Shown here one piece after another: positions 1-9,898 of a stretch of 64,000 nucleotides of DNA (the stretch's first letter is position 1; each line of letters begins with the position of its first letter). The notes below the pieces were generated by a model. That model saw nothing but the letters and a program-made list of their open reading frames with translations. It made no database searches and had not been told where the DNA came from. Both the position numbers and the translations under genes were made by a program. Origin of the DNA: Acidimicrobiales bacterium (GTDB taxonomy: Bacteria; Actinomycetota; Acidimicrobiia; Acidimicrobiales; CATQHL01); NCBI GenBank assembly GCA_965237375.1, contig CBDEFI010000003.1:2308-66307 (forward strand), read 5' to 3'.

Positions 1-69
1 GAGTTCGGCGGCGATGGTCAGACCGCCGCCTCCGGTTCCGATGACGACGATCTCGGTGGGGATGCTCAC
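1..69 (-). CDS. FAD/NAD(P)-binding oxidoreductase, first 23 codons only (gene runs off the window)
   Basis: Minus-strand translation VSIPTEIVVIGTGGGGLTIAAEL is a Rossmann GxGxxG start. The GTG start overlaps the upstream stop as GTGA at 66-69. Confidence 0.5.
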   Translation of the reverse strand, partial: MSIPTEIVVIGTGGGGLTIAAEL

Positions 70-1055
70 GAGGCTGCTCCTTTGATGATGGGGGCGATGG
101 TCCCGATGAGGGTCTTCGTGGCGGACATATCGCCTTCGCCGAGTTTGAGGATCGCCAGATCGACCCCGAGGTCGCGAAGTTCGCCGAGCCGCTCGGCAAC
201 CACCTCGACTGTCCCGCCGATGGCGAAGGCGCGGACCATGTCGTCGGTCACGTAACCCGCTTCACGCACCTCGGGGTCGCGCAGCGCCCCACGGAGCGTC
301 GCGACCGCTCCGGGATCGAACCCGTAGACGGGGATCAAATCGTCGGAGTACGTCCCCCCGGCCATGAGCGTGCAGCGCGCACGGAGCCGGTCGATGGCCG
401 ACGCCTCGTCGCGGTCCACCTCGACGTCCAACATCACGGCGACCTGGCACTCCCGGGGGTCGCGGCCGGATCGCCCGGCACTGTGGGCGATGCGTGCCCG
501 GGCGTAGTCGAGGAAGTCGCGGTGTATGCCGTGGACGATGACCCCGTCGGCGATCTCTCCGGCGAGTTCGAGCATGCGGGGGCCTCGCGCCGACAGGAAG
601 ATCGGCGGAGGGGTGATCCGCCAGCCAAGTTCGGAGCCGTCGGCGGAGAAGTACTCGCCCCGGAAGCCGGCGGGGCCCGAACTGAGTTGCCGGATGATCT
701 CGACGGCTTCGCGGAGCATGGTCAGCGGGCTCCTCGGTCGCATGGCGAATTGGGAACCGAACTCGTGGCCTCCCGGGCCGATCCCGATGACCGCACGCCC
801 TCCCGAGCACTCCGCGATCGTCGCCGCCGCGCTCGCGATGAGCGCTGGATGGCGCAGTTGGATCGCCGCAATTCCCGTGGCCAGCCTCACCGACGAGGTC
901 CTGGTGGCGATGACGGCCTGCGCCGCGTACACGTCACGCAGGAAGTAGTGGTCCGGTAGCCACACGTCGGAGAAGCCCGCATCCTCGGCGGCGACCGCCA
1001 ACTCGCTGATCGCCTCCAGAGGCTGATCCAGCCAGATCGTCAGTCCGTACTTCAT
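66..1055 (-). CDS. LLM-class (luciferase-like) flavin/F420-dependent oxidoreductase
   Basis: Track ORF 66..1061. MKYGLTIWLD N-terminus and overall LLM-like sequence. ATG at 1055 preferred over GTG at 1061. Confidence 0.85.
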   Translation of the reverse strand: MKYGLTIWLDQPLEAISELAVAAEDAGFSDVWLPDHYFLRDVYAAQAVIATRTSSVRLATGIAAIQLRHPALIASAAATIAECSGGRAVIGIGPGGHEFGSQFAMRPRSPLTMLREAVEIIRQLSSGPAGFRGEYFSADGSELGWRITPPPIFLSARGPRMLELAGEIADGVIVHGIHRDFLDYARARIAHSAGRSGRDPRECQVAVMLDVEVDRDEASAIDRLRARCTLMAGGTYSDDLIPVYGFDPGAVATLRGALRDPEVREAGYVTDDMVRAFAIGGTVEVVAERLGELRDLGVDLAILKLGEGDMSATKTLIGTIAPIIKGAAS

Positions 1056-1175
1056 CGGCACGTGTTTTGGGATGCGGGGTCGTCCATCGGTGCTCCAGCG
1101 AGTGCTGCCGGGCCGACACGATAGTGAGGCGGGCGATGAGTGATACGTGGCGTTCCCGGCGGGTCGGCTGCCGGC

Positions 1176-2612
1176 TCAGAGACGTGCCAGGACGGCTCGT
1201 GCCGCCGCCTGCCCTTTCGCCCGGACTTCAGCCTCGTCGACCGTCGTGATCGCGTCTTCGTGGAGGACCATGGCGCCGCGCACGAGCACCGTGGTGACAT
1301 CGAGGCCGGTGGCGAACCATCCCGCTGTTGCCAGCGGGTCGTTGATCGGCTCGTGATGCAGCGACGACGTGTTGACAACGATGAGGTCGGCGGGTTCACC
1401 GGGCGCGATGGTCCCGGTCCCGGTCCCCAGGGCACGTGCGCCTCCGCCGGTGATCAGCCTGATCATGTCCCCGACGCCGATCACAGAGGCGTCGGTTGCT
1501 GCGACGCGTTGCAGCAGGGCGCCGAACCGGGCCACCTCGAACATGTCCTGGCCGGCGACGGCGCACCCGTCGGTGCCGGCGGCCAGGGGAACCTCGCGCG
1601 ACCGGAGTTCGATGAGACGCATGGTGCCCGAGCCGAGGTACGCGTTGGAGAGCGGGTTGTACACGAGGTGCGGGTGATGGTTCGCGGCGAGTTCGATCTC
1701 GGTGTCGTCGAGCCACACGGCGTGTGCCAGCACCGCGTCATGGTCGAGGATGCCGAGATCGTCGAGGAGAGTGAGGGTGCGCCGTCCCGCCTGGCAGCAG
1801 CACGTCACGTCGACGGCGAAGGCGTCCTCGGCGGCGTGCGTGTGCCACCGAACGCCGTGGCGCCGCGCCAACTCCGCCCCGGCCATGAGAATCTCGTCCG
1901 AGCAGTACGCCACGTTGGCCGGGCCCGGCCACACGGCCACCGGACCGTCCGGCTTGTGGCGCATCGCCTCTTCGGTGAGTTCGATCTCCTGCGCATTGGT
2001 GTAGATGAAGTTGGTAGCCGGCAGCCCGAACACGTCTGCAGCGGCCGTCCGTTCGACGATCATCATGCGGGCGACCGCGCCCGCCATCCCGACGCGTTCC
2101 ATGGCGCCTGCAACCGCCAGAGTGTCCTCGGGTTCGCGGCGCCCGCCGTAGTGGTGGTTGATGGCGGCAACGATGCCCAACCGCAGCGAATGCAGTGTGG
2201 CGAGCTCGGTCAGCGCCACCATCTCCTCGCGCCGGAGCGCGAGCGCCAGGGGGATCATGTGCGTCCGCAGCCACTCGGCGAGGCCGAGGCCATCGCCCAG
2301 GCCGCGTGCGGCCACCTGGAACAGGTGCGTGTGTGCGTCGATGAGACCCGGCAGGACGACGCTCCCGGTGGCGTCGACGACCCGGCGCGGCCTCGTGGGG
2401 GGGCAATGCTCGAGCGGCCCAACCGCCACCACCCGATCTCCGACGACGTCAACGAACCCCGTCCCGGCGAACTCCGCCTCGCCGCCGAGCGCAAGAACCG
2501 TCCCACCCTCCACCCGGATGTCGGGCGCCGACGGTTCAGATTGATCGTCGGCTGCTTCCGCCCAAGCGCCTGTGCCCGCGCTTCTGCCCGATCCGGTCAT
2601 AGGAGCCATCAT
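1176..2612 (-). CDS. Amidohydrolase-superfamily deaminase/chlorohydrolase-like protein
   Basis: Track ORF. Metal-binding motif LPGLIDAHTHLFQ, plus later HTHAAE and AGTDG motifs. Start uncertain; an N-terminal extension is possible. Confidence 0.85.
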   Translation of the reverse strand: MMAPMTGSGRSAGTGAWAEAADDQSEPSAPDIRVEGGTVLALGGEAEFAGTGFVDVVGDRVVAVGPLEHCPPTRPRRVVDATGSVVLPGLIDAHTHLFQVAARGLGDGLGLAEWLRTHMIPLALALRREEMVALTELATLHSLRLGIVAAINHHYGGRREPEDTLAVAGAMERVGMAGAVARMMIVERTAAADVFGLPATNFIYTNAQEIELTEEAMRHKPDGPVAVWPGPANVAYCSDEILMAGAELARRHGVRWHTHAAEDAFAVDVTCCCQAGRRTLTLLDDLGILDHDAVLAHAVWLDDTEIELAANHHPHLVYNPLSNAYLGSGTMRLIELRSREVPLAAGTDGCAVAGQDMFEVARFGALLQRVAATDASVIGVGDMIRLITGGGARALGTGTGTIAPGEPADLIVVNTSSLHHEPINDPLATAGWFATGLDVTTVLVRGAMVLHEDAITTVDEAEVRAKGQAAARAVLARL

Positions 2613-2667
2613 GCATCAGACAAGGTGGAGGTGGACACATCACCCACCGAGCCCCCGTAGACCGCCC

Positions 2668-3174
2668 CTAGTCCGGTGGTGCGGGGTACCAGTAGTCCGG
2701 TGTCAGGGGTTCGTGGCCCGGTGGGCGGTGGACGATTTCGAGCGTGGTCTTGAGGGGACCTTCGGTCTCGACGTAGGCGAAGCGGATCTCGCCCATGCGT
2801 CCCTCCATCAGTGGCGGGCAGCCGCGCTCGGTGAAGCGCGCGAGCGCTTGGTCGAAGTCGAGCCCCTCGTGTTGAACGAGAAGGTGATGGACCCCCTCGC
2901 CGTGCTCGTCGAGGAACTCCTTGTAGATGGACGGACCGTCCACGGGCTCGATGAGCTCCCACATCGTGCTGCCCGTCCACGCGTAGGCCAGCCGCATGCT
3001 GTAGCCGATGGGCTCGCCACGGATGCGCATGTCCGTCAGCCGGGGCGGCGCCCAGAGGCTCACCCGCCAGAGCCCGATGCCGAGCCGGTTCGTGTACTCC
3101 TCGAGCGCCGCGTCGAGGTCGCGGACGACGAGAGCCACCTGCTGGACGTCGGATACAAAACCGTTGGGCGACAT
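2668..3174 (-). CDS. VOC (glyoxalase/bleomycin-resistance/dioxygenase) family protein
   Basis: Track ORF of 168 aa. VQQVALVVRDLDAALEEY start typical of VOC folds. GGAAGGA SD upstream of the ATG. Confidence 0.8.
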   Translation of the reverse strand: MSPNGFVSDVQQVALVVRDLDAALEEYTNRLGIGLWRVSLWAPPRLTDMRIRGEPIGYSMRLAYAWTGSTMWELIEPVDGPSIYKEFLDEHGEGVHHLLVQHEGLDFDQALARFTERGCPPLMEGRMGEIRFAYVETEGPLKTTLEIVHRPPGHEPLTPDYWYPAPPD

Positions 3175-3337
3175 ACTCGATCCTTCCGGCCACGGCTCTG
3201 GTGATGGTAATGGGTGGTGAGGATCAGCTTCCGGTCCTGGACGACACTCTCGCTGACGACCATCGGGATGAGCCCCGGGTGCTCTCCGAGTCCATCGGTT
3301 GACGGTGTCGGGCCCTGTCTCCCTACCGTAAGAAGCC

Positions 3338-3973
3338 TCAACCCAGAAGGCGCGTGGTTACGTTCTCGACGTGGGCCAGCATGGCGCGCTCGGCCCCGTC
3401 GGGGTCGCGGTTGACGATGGCCTGCAGGATGCCGCGATGATCCTCCAGATAGCTCTGGAGGGACTCCGGGCTGGCTGAGCGTTGCTTGAGGGCGCCCCAC
3501 AGCGGTCCTGAACGTGCGTGATCCACGATCTGATACATGCGACTCAGGAGCGGGCTGTGTGCCGCTTCGATCATGGCGCGGTGAGCGGCGCCGTCCCAGT
3601 GCTCGAACTCGCGATAACTCTCGGAATCCTCGCAGCGATCCATGCAGCGGCGGATCTCGGCCACGTCCGCGGGGGTGGCCTCTGCGACGATCCGCCGAGC
3701 CACCGCCGGCTCGAGCAGTCGGCGCACCGTCATCACATCTCTCGGGCTCATGCTGTCGCTGCCGTCCACCGCGGCCTGGATGAGGAACGTGCCCCGCCCC
3801 ACGTGTCGGTCCACGCGGCCCTCGGACTCGAACTCGTCGAGCACCTTGCGCACCGAGGCGCGGGATTCCGCGAGCCGTTGCGCCAGGCTCCGCTCGGCGG
3901 GAAGGCGGTCGCCCGGCTGCAGGCCCTCCTCGATCAGCAGGGCCTCGATCCTGCTGCGCGTTGTGTTACTCAC
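3338..3973 (-). CDS. GntR/FadR-family transcriptional regulator
   Basis: wHTH LPAERSLAQRLAESRASVRKVLDEFESEGRV followed by an FCD-like helical domain. Start trimmed to GTG 3973, which has GGAGG 7 nt upstream. Confidence 0.85.
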   Translation of the reverse strand: MSNTTRSRIEALLIEEGLQPGDRLPAERSLAQRLAESRASVRKVLDEFESEGRVDRHVGRGTFLIQAAVDGSDSMSPRDVMTVRRLLEPAVARRIVAEATPADVAEIRRCMDRCEDSESYREFEHWDGAAHRAMIEAAHSPLLSRMYQIVDHARSGPLWGALKQRSASPESLQSYLEDHRGILQAIVNRDPDGAERAMLAHVENVTTRLLG

Positions 3974-4060
3974 CGACGACCTCCGCCACGACCCGATCAC
4001 CGAGCCGCGAATCGCACAACCCACACCTGAAGCGCCGGTATCCGCAGAACCACATTGTGC

Positions 4061-4182
4061 GACCAATTATAACCAATGAGCGGCGGACACAGGTTGATCG
4101 GGGCGTCGACGGCTAGCGAATCCGGGAACGACCGTCTGCTAGCATCCTGGGCTAGTGGTTGCAATTGGTTGCACATTGGTCG
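4061..4182. promoter_or_regulatory. Candidate GntR operator pair in the divergent intergenic region
   Basis: GACCAATTATAACCAATG (4061-4078) and CAATTGGTTGCACATTGGTCG (4162-4182) are mutually inverted doublets of the ATTGGT half-site. The stretch is locally AT-rich and lies between the regulator and the FAH operon. Confidence 0.3.
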
Positions 4183-4282
4183 TGACCTCACCGCACCCGC
4201 CGGCCGGTACTCCTGCCCTGGGCGCGGCCGGAATATCGCGAGGCGCGCCCGCAGCGGGAATCCCGCAGGATGGGGATGGCCG

Positions 4283-5152
4283 ATGACCGCTTGGTGCCGG
4301 ATGCTCGGCGACGATGGCCCGACGGTGGCGACCCGCCAGAACGGCCACTTGACGCCTGTGAGCGCCGGCGGTCACCCGTTGGGTGACCTGCACGCGATCA
4401 TCCGGGGTGAACTCGACACCGCGGATCTGGAGTTGCATGACCCCGTGCCACTCGCTGACGCGCACCTGCTGGCGCCGTTGGGCTCGTTCCCGCGCAACAT
4501 CTTCTGCATCGGCAAGAACTACCGGGAGCACGCGCTGGAGTTCACCACCAGCGGGTTCGATTCCTCCGGCACCGCGGCACAAGATCTCATCCCCACCGCA
4601 CCGATCGTCTTCTCCAAGCCCTTCACCTCCGTCATAGGCCCCGGCGATCTCATCGACCCTCATGCGCACCTCACCTCGATGCTGGACTACGAGGCCGAAC
4701 TGGCGGTCGTTATCGGCCGCGGCGGCCGGGACATCGCCGACCTGGACGCCCTCGACCACGTCTTCGGCTACACCATCGTCAACGACGTCACCGCGCGGGA
4801 CCGCCAGCGACACCACCGTCAGTGGCTTCTGGGCAAGGGCATGGACACGTTCTGCCCCATGGGGCCGGCCGTGGTGACCGCCGAGGAGATCGACCTCGCG
4901 AACACCATGGTGGAATGCCGCGTTAACGGCGAGTTGCGCCAGAAAGCCCCCGTCGCCGACCTCATCTTCGACGTCCCGACGCTCATCCGGGACCTGTCCG
5001 CCGGCATCACCCTGGTGCCCGGCGACGTCATTGCCACGGGCACCCCCGCCGGCGTCGGCATCGGCTTCGACCCCCCGCGATTCCTCAAATCGGGCGACGA
5101 GGTGGCGGCAACGATCGAACCCATCGGCACCCTCACGAACAGGATTGGATGA
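4283..5152 (+). CDS. Fumarylacetoacetate hydrolase (FAH) family protein
   Basis: FCIGKNYREHA, DYEAELAVVIG and GKGMDTFCPMGP motifs. Start trimmed to ATG 4283 within track ORF 4076..5152. Confidence 0.9.
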   Translation: MTAWCRMLGDDGPTVATRQNGHLTPVSAGGHPLGDLHAIIRGELDTADLELHDPVPLADAHLLAPLGSFPRNIFCIGKNYREHALEFTTSGFDSSGTAAQDLIPTAPIVFSKPFTSVIGPGDLIDPHAHLTSMLDYEAELAVVIGRGGRDIADLDALDHVFGYTIVNDVTARDRQRHHRQWLLGKGMDTFCPMGPAVVTAEEIDLANTMVECRVNGELRQKAPVADLIFDVPTLIRDLSAGITLVPGDVIATGTPAGVGIGFDPPRFLKSGDEVAATIEPIGTLTNRIG

Positions 5153-5155
5153 ACC

Positions 5156-5941
5156 ATGGCCACAGGCTTTCGCGCCCTCGGAAACAAGCACGTCTGGGTC
5201 GAGGAGACCGGTGAGGGATCTGCGGTCGTGGGCATTCACGGCCTTGGCGGCACGTGCAACATCTACGGGCCTCAGATCGCGGCGCTGGCCGGCGCTCACC
5301 ACCTCGTGACCCTCGATCTCAACGGGCACGGCATGAGCCCCATGGTCGGCCCCATCTCGATCGAGGGGTGGGCCGACGACGTGCTGGCCCTCATGGATGA
5401 TCTGGAGTTGGCAACCGTCGCCCTGGTCTCGCACTCCATGGGCACTCTGGTGGCGCAGCAGGTGATGGCCGTCGCCGGCGATCGCATCCGTGCCGGGGCC
5501 TTCCTGGGCCCGGTGCGGCACCTGCCCGACGCCGCCCGCAGTGCGCAGGCGGACCGAGCCGCGCTGGTGCGGGCCGAGGGCATGGCCGCAGTGGCCGGCG
5601 CCATCTCGCAGGGCGCTGTGTCGGCGGTGACTCGCGCCGACCGTCCGGTGGTCTCCGCGATGATCAAGGAACTGCTGCAGCGCCAGTCCGCCGAGGGTTA
5701 TGCGGCCGCCTGCGAGGCCCTCGGCGGCTCGAGCCCGCCGGACATCTCGCAGGTCACCTGCCCGGTGCTGGCCATCACCGGCACCGAGGACATGGTCTGC
5801 CCCCCGGCCGCGGTTGAAGCCTTCGCCGGGGAGTTCGCCGACGCCACCGCAGTGGTGATCGACGACATCGGCCACTGGACCACGCTGGAGGCCCCGGCCG
5901 AGGTGAACGACCTGCTGGAGGACTTCCTGAAGACGGCGTGA
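5156..5941 (+). CDS. Alpha/beta hydrolase (enol-lactonase-like)
   Basis: Track ORF. HGLGG oxyanion region and nucleophile elbow SHSMG. Lies 3 nt after the FAH stop. Confidence 0.85.
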   Translation: MATGFRALGNKHVWVEETGEGSAVVGIHGLGGTCNIYGPQIAALAGAHHLVTLDLNGHGMSPMVGPISIEGWADDVLALMDDLELATVALVSHSMGTLVAQQVMAVAGDRIRAGAFLGPVRHLPDAARSAQADRAALVRAEGMAAVAGAISQGAVSAVTRADRPVVSAMIKELLQRQSAEGYAAACEALGGSSPPDISQVTCPVLAITGTEDMVCPPAAVEAFAGEFADATAVVIDDIGHWTTLEAPAEVNDLLEDFLKTA

Positions 5942-6004
5942 CTTCTGCAGCCGGAGCCCCGCCGTCGAAAACCCGACAGCCGACCAAGACAAAGGAGGGG
6001 GAGC

Positions 6005-7237
6005 ATGGGCGAGACCCTGTTCACGAATGTCAACATCCTGGACGGCAACGCCGAAGGGCCCGTGCCGGGCGAGGTGAGCGTGGCCGACGGCCGGATCGGT
6101 GACATCGCCACAGGCGGCGGAGCACTGCCCCGCGAAGGCCACCGGGTGATCGACGGCAATGGCATGACGCTCATGTCGGGCCTGTGCGACGCCCACACGC
6201 ACTTCACCTGGAACAGCGGTGGCAGCCTCGACGCCCTGGCGGGCATGCCCGTGGAGGACCACACCATCGTGGCCGTGGAGTCGGCGCGCATCGTGCTGGA
6301 CGCCGGCTACACGATGTGCGTCGGCGCCGCCTCGGCCAAGGAGCGCATCGACATCGCCTGCCGTGACGCCATCAACGCCGGCATGGTCCCCGGCCCTCGC
6401 TACCTGGCGAGCGGGCAGGAACTGGCCACGCCGGCGGGTGTGCTGGTCTACGGGATCACCCGCACCATCTCCGGCGCCACCGAGATGACGCGCGCCGTGC
6501 GGGAGATGTGCGGCCAGGGTGTCGACATCATCAAACTGATCCTCTCCGGTGAGTCCATCACCGAGCGCGTCTGGGCCAAGGACACCTACATGACCGACGA
6601 GGAGGTGCGGGCGGCGGTCACCGAAGCCCATCGCGTCGGCAAGCGGGTTGCGGCCCACGCGCGCAGCACCGAGTCCATCAAGCAGTGCCTGCGCCAAGGG
6701 GTGGACATCGTCTACCACGCCAGCTACATCGACGACGAGGCGGCGGACATGTTCGCCGAGCGCCGCGAGGAGGTGTTCGTGGCGCCGGGCCTGCACTGGC
6801 TGTGGGCCACCCTCTACGAGGCGGCCGACTTCGGCTACCCCCAGGAGGCAGCCGAGGCCGTGGGCTACAAGGACGAACTCGAGAACTCGATCATCGGGCT
6901 GAAGGAACTCCACAAGCGAGGTGTGCGTGTGCTGCCCGGCGGCGACTACGGGTTCGCCTGGACACCTCACGGCACCAACGCCCGCGACCTGCAGCACTTC
7001 GTGGACCTGCTGGATTTCACGCCCATGGAGACGATCCGGTCAGCCACGGTGCTCGGGGGGGAGATATTCGAGCGCCCCGACGAACTGGGCCGCGTGGCGC
7101 CGGGCTACCTGGCAGACCTCCTGCTGGTGAAAGGCGACCCTTCCAGCGACATAACCGTGCTGCAGAACCACGACAACCTGGTCGGGATCATGAAGGACGG
7201 GAAGTGGCACAAGGATCCCGCCATGTCAGCGATGTAA
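6005..7237 (+). CDS. Amidohydrolase family protein (COG1228-like metal-dependent hydrolase)
   Basis: Track ORF. LCDAHTHF HxH motif. GGAGGGGGAG SD upstream. Confidence 0.85.
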   Translation: MGETLFTNVNILDGNAEGPVPGEVSVADGRIGDIATGGGALPREGHRVIDGNGMTLMSGLCDAHTHFTWNSGGSLDALAGMPVEDHTIVAVESARIVLDAGYTMCVGAASAKERIDIACRDAINAGMVPGPRYLASGQELATPAGVLVYGITRTISGATEMTRAVREMCGQGVDIIKLILSGESITERVWAKDTYMTDEEVRAAVTEAHRVGKRVAAHARSTESIKQCLRQGVDIVYHASYIDDEAADMFAERREEVFVAPGLHWLWATLYEAADFGYPQEAAEAVGYKDELENSIIGLKELHKRGVRVLPGGDYGFAWTPHGTNARDLQHFVDLLDFTPMETIRSATVLGGEIFERPDELGRVAPGYLADLLLVKGDPSSDITVLQNHDNLVGIMKDGKWHKDPAMSAM

Positions 7238-7302
7238 TCGGCCGGCGACGGCGAAGGGCGAAACCGTGACGGCCACGGCTTCCGACTGCTGAGTGATCGA
7301 CC

Positions 7303-8172
7303 TTGGACTTCATTGCCAAAGCCGTGATCATCGGCTTGACCGAGCAGGCGCCGCTGATGCTGGCGGCCATGGGTATGGCCCTGATCTACAACCTCAGCAA
7401 GGTCATCAACGTGGCCTTCGCCGAGACGATCACGCTGGGCGCCTACTTCGGGATGTGGGTCAACACCACGTTCTCGGCCAGCTTCTACGTGAGTCTCGCC
7501 ATCGCCGGCATCCTCGCCGGCCTGTTGAGTTGTGTGACCTACTACCTGGTGTTCCGCACGGCCGAGCGCCGCGGCGTGGGCCCCGTGGAGGTGATCATCA
7601 TCTCGCTGGGGCTCTCGGTGCTGCTGCGCTACGCCCTGCAGTTCGTCTTCGGGTACGAGGCCCGTTTCTACGACACGCCGCCGCCGCGTTTCATGAAGCT
7701 GTTCGGCGTGGGGTTCACCTCGTTCCAGCTCACGGCGTTCATCCTGGTCATCGCCCTGGCGCTGATCTTCTACCTGTTCGTGCAGAAGACCGTCTGGGGC
7801 CGCCAGGTGCGGGCACTGGCAAGCGACGCCGATCTGGCCAAGGTGAGCGGCATCAACCCGCTGCTGACGACGCTGTTGATGTGGTTCATGGCGGGTGCCG
7901 CCGGCGGCCTGGCCGGGGCGTTCTGGGGCGTCGGTTCCTCCGCCAAGCCGGGACTGGGGTGGGACCGCTTCCTGCTCACCCTGCTGGTGGTTCTGGTGGG
8001 CGGGGCGCGGGGCCTGCGCGGCGTGATCCTGGCCGGCATGGGAACCGGCGTGCTGCTGTCGGCCCTGAAGCTGGAGATCGCCCCGCTGCGGGCCGAGATG
8101 GTGCTGCTGGTGGCCTTCATCGTCGTGTTGAAGCTGCGCGGCAACCGCTTCCGTGAGCTGGCCAAGGTCTGA
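7303..8172 (+). CDS. Branched-chain amino acid-type ABC transporter permease (LivH-like)
   Basis: Track ORF with multiple hydrophobic spans and a TTG start. First gene of a five-gene transporter block. Confidence 0.85.
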   Translation: MDFIAKAVIIGLTEQAPLMLAAMGMALIYNLSKVINVAFAETITLGAYFGMWVNTTFSASFYVSLAIAGILAGLLSCVTYYLVFRTAERRGVGPVEVIIISLGLSVLLRYALQFVFGYEARFYDTPPPRFMKLFGVGFTSFQLTAFILVIALALIFYLFVQKTVWGRQVRALASDADLAKVSGINPLLTTLLMWFMAGAAGGLAGAFWGVGSSAKPGLGWDRFLLTLLVVLVGGARGLRGVILAGMGTGVLLSALKLEIAPLRAEMVLLVAFIVVLKLRGNRFRELAKV

Positions 8173-8175
8173 GCG

Positions 8176-9117
8176 ATGAGCGCCGTCTGGGACTACCTCT
8201 TCGGGTCGCCCGCGTTCCTGATCTTCGGCACCTCCACGGTGGTCATGATCGTCGGCCTGGGGGTGCTCCTGCACCTGCAACTGGGCGTGACGGGGATCGG
8301 CAACTTCGGCGTCGCCGGCTTCTGGGGGGTGGGCCTGTACACCTTCGGGATCCTGCAGGTGCACTACGACGTGGGGTTCTGGTTGGCGCTAGTGGCGGCG
8401 ACCGCGGCGGGTGGCCTGCTCGGCCTCATCACGGGCTGGGTCATCGCCGACCTGGACGACGACGGTGTGCTGGCCGCCACGCTGGCCGTGGCGAGCATCG
8501 TGTTCCTGGCCATCGAGAGCGAGAAGGACATCACCGGTGGCCGGGTGGGCCTGGGCACCATCGACCTCCCGTTCGATGTGGGTGAACGCACCGATCTGGC
8601 GTGGCTGGCAATCCTCTTCGGCGTCGTGGGTGTGCTGCTCTGGTACGCACGGCGGGTGCACCGGTCCCCCTACGGGCGCCTGCTGATCGCAACCGGCACC
8701 AACGAGCCCCTGGCGCGCAGCCTCCGCAAGCCCGTCAAGCGCACCAAGATCGTCGTGATGGCGCTCACCTCGGCCGGTATGGGCGCCCTGGGTGCTCTCT
8801 ACGGCCCGATCGTGCACTTCCTGTTCCCCACGCAGTTGACCGTGGGCGTCACGGTGTCGGTGATCACCGCGCTGGTGCTGGGTGGCCAGCAGCGGCCGTG
8901 GGGTGCCTTCGTCGGGGCGCTGCTGACCCTGGGGCTGTTCGACATCGTCATCAAGCTGTACGTGCCCCTGCCCAAGGAGGTGCTGGAGCAGGCCTTCCCG
9001 GTCACCAAGCAGATCATCTTCGGGGCGCTGCTGATCTTCGTGCTGCTGTTCCGCCCGCTGGGGTTGCTGGGCCGCATGCGCCGCGAGCGGCACGTGAAGG
9101 GACTGTCCCGTGTCTGA
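8176..9117 (+). CDS. Branched-chain amino acid-type ABC transporter permease (LivM-like)
   Basis: Track ORF, polytopic membrane protein. Lies 3 nt after the previous stop. Confidence 0.85.
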   Translation: MSAVWDYLFGSPAFLIFGTSTVVMIVGLGVLLHLQLGVTGIGNFGVAGFWGVGLYTFGILQVHYDVGFWLALVAATAAGGLLGLITGWVIADLDDDGVLAATLAVASIVFLAIESEKDITGGRVGLGTIDLPFDVGERTDLAWLAILFGVVGVLLWYARRVHRSPYGRLLIATGTNEPLARSLRKPVKRTKIVVMALTSAGMGALGALYGPIVHFLFPTQLTVGVTVSVITALVLGGQQRPWGAFVGALLTLGLFDIVIKLYVPLPKEVLEQAFPVTKQIIFGALLIFVLLFRPLGLLGRMRRERHVKGLSRV

Positions 9118-9898
9118 AGGCAACGGGAGCGCACCCGGCGGCCGTGCCACGATCCGCATCAACGGGCTCACCAAGAGCTTCGGCACCCAGACCGTCGTGA
9201 ACATCGACGAACTGGTGCTGGGCTCCAAGCCCGTCGAAGGCCTCATCGGCCCCAACGGCGCGGGTAAGACCACCCTGATGCGCCTCATCATGCGCTCCAC
9301 CCGCGCCGACACCGGCACCGTGGTGCTCGACGACGGCTCGTCGGAGGTGGTGCTCTCGAGGCTGCCGCCACACCGGATCGCCTCACTCGGAGTCGTGAAG
9401 ACCAACCAGGTGACCCAGGACTTCGCCGGCCTGACCATCTGGGACTCGTTGCTGCTGGCTGTGGCGCAACGCCGCGACGAGCGCCCTCACCGGATCTACC
9501 GGGAGCGCCACCTCCTGGAGGAGCACGGTGAGGAGATCCAGAGCTACCTGGATCTCTTCGAGTTCTCCGAGCCGGGCGGCTTCGCCCACTCCGCCGGCGA
9601 GAAGAAGCTGCTCGACGTGATCCGCTGCCTACTCCTGCAGCCCAAGATCCTGCTGCTGGACGAGCCCACGGCGGGCCTCCCCGATGACGTGACCGCGCAG
9701 GTCATCGAGGTGCTGCGCACCAAGGTGGCCGAGGGCATGTCGGTGATCATCGTGGAGCACGACCTGGACGTCATCTGGGGCTTCAGCGACATCGTGCATT
9801 TCATGGCCGAGGGGGACGTGATCCTGGAGGGCGATCCCGACCACATCCGGGCGCACAGCACCGTGGTGGAGAAGTACCTCGGGAGCGGCCATGTTTGA
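9110..9898 (+). CDS. ABC transporter ATP-binding protein (LivG-like)
   Basis: Walker A GPNGAGKTT, signature SAGEKKLL, Walker B LLLDEPTAG. Confidence 0.9.
   Translation: MSEGNGSAPGGRATIRINGLTKSFGTQTVVNIDELVLGSKPVEGLIGPNGAGKTTLMRLIMRSTRADTGTVVLDDGSSEVVLSRLPPHRIASLGVVKTNQVTQDFAGLTIWDSLLLAVAQRRDERPHRIYRERHLLEEHGEEIQSYLDLFEFSEPGGFAHSAGEKKLLDVIRCLLLQPKILLLDEPTAGLPDDVTAQVIEVLRTKVAEGMSVIIVEHDLDVIWGFSDIVHFMAEGDVILEGDPDHIRAHSTVVEKYLGSGHV

Noticed and set aside
4545-4565. GGTTCGATTCC, a tRNA T-arm-like string
   Set aside because: It lies inside the FAH coding sequence, and no acceptor or anticodon stems can be drawn around it. No tRNA was found in the window.
4139-6997. 952-aa ORF on the minus strand spanning three plus-strand genes
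   Set aside because: Antisense shadow ORF typical of high-GC DNA. The translation is low-complexity and Gly/Arg/Ala/Val/His-rich, and the opposite strand carries three genes with clear family motifs. The same reasoning applies to 1140-2660(+), 10775-12679(-), 14555-16255(+), 18349-19551(+), 19837-21225(+), 24855-27068(-), 35468-37600(+), 36030-37580(+), 52082-53464(-) and similar.
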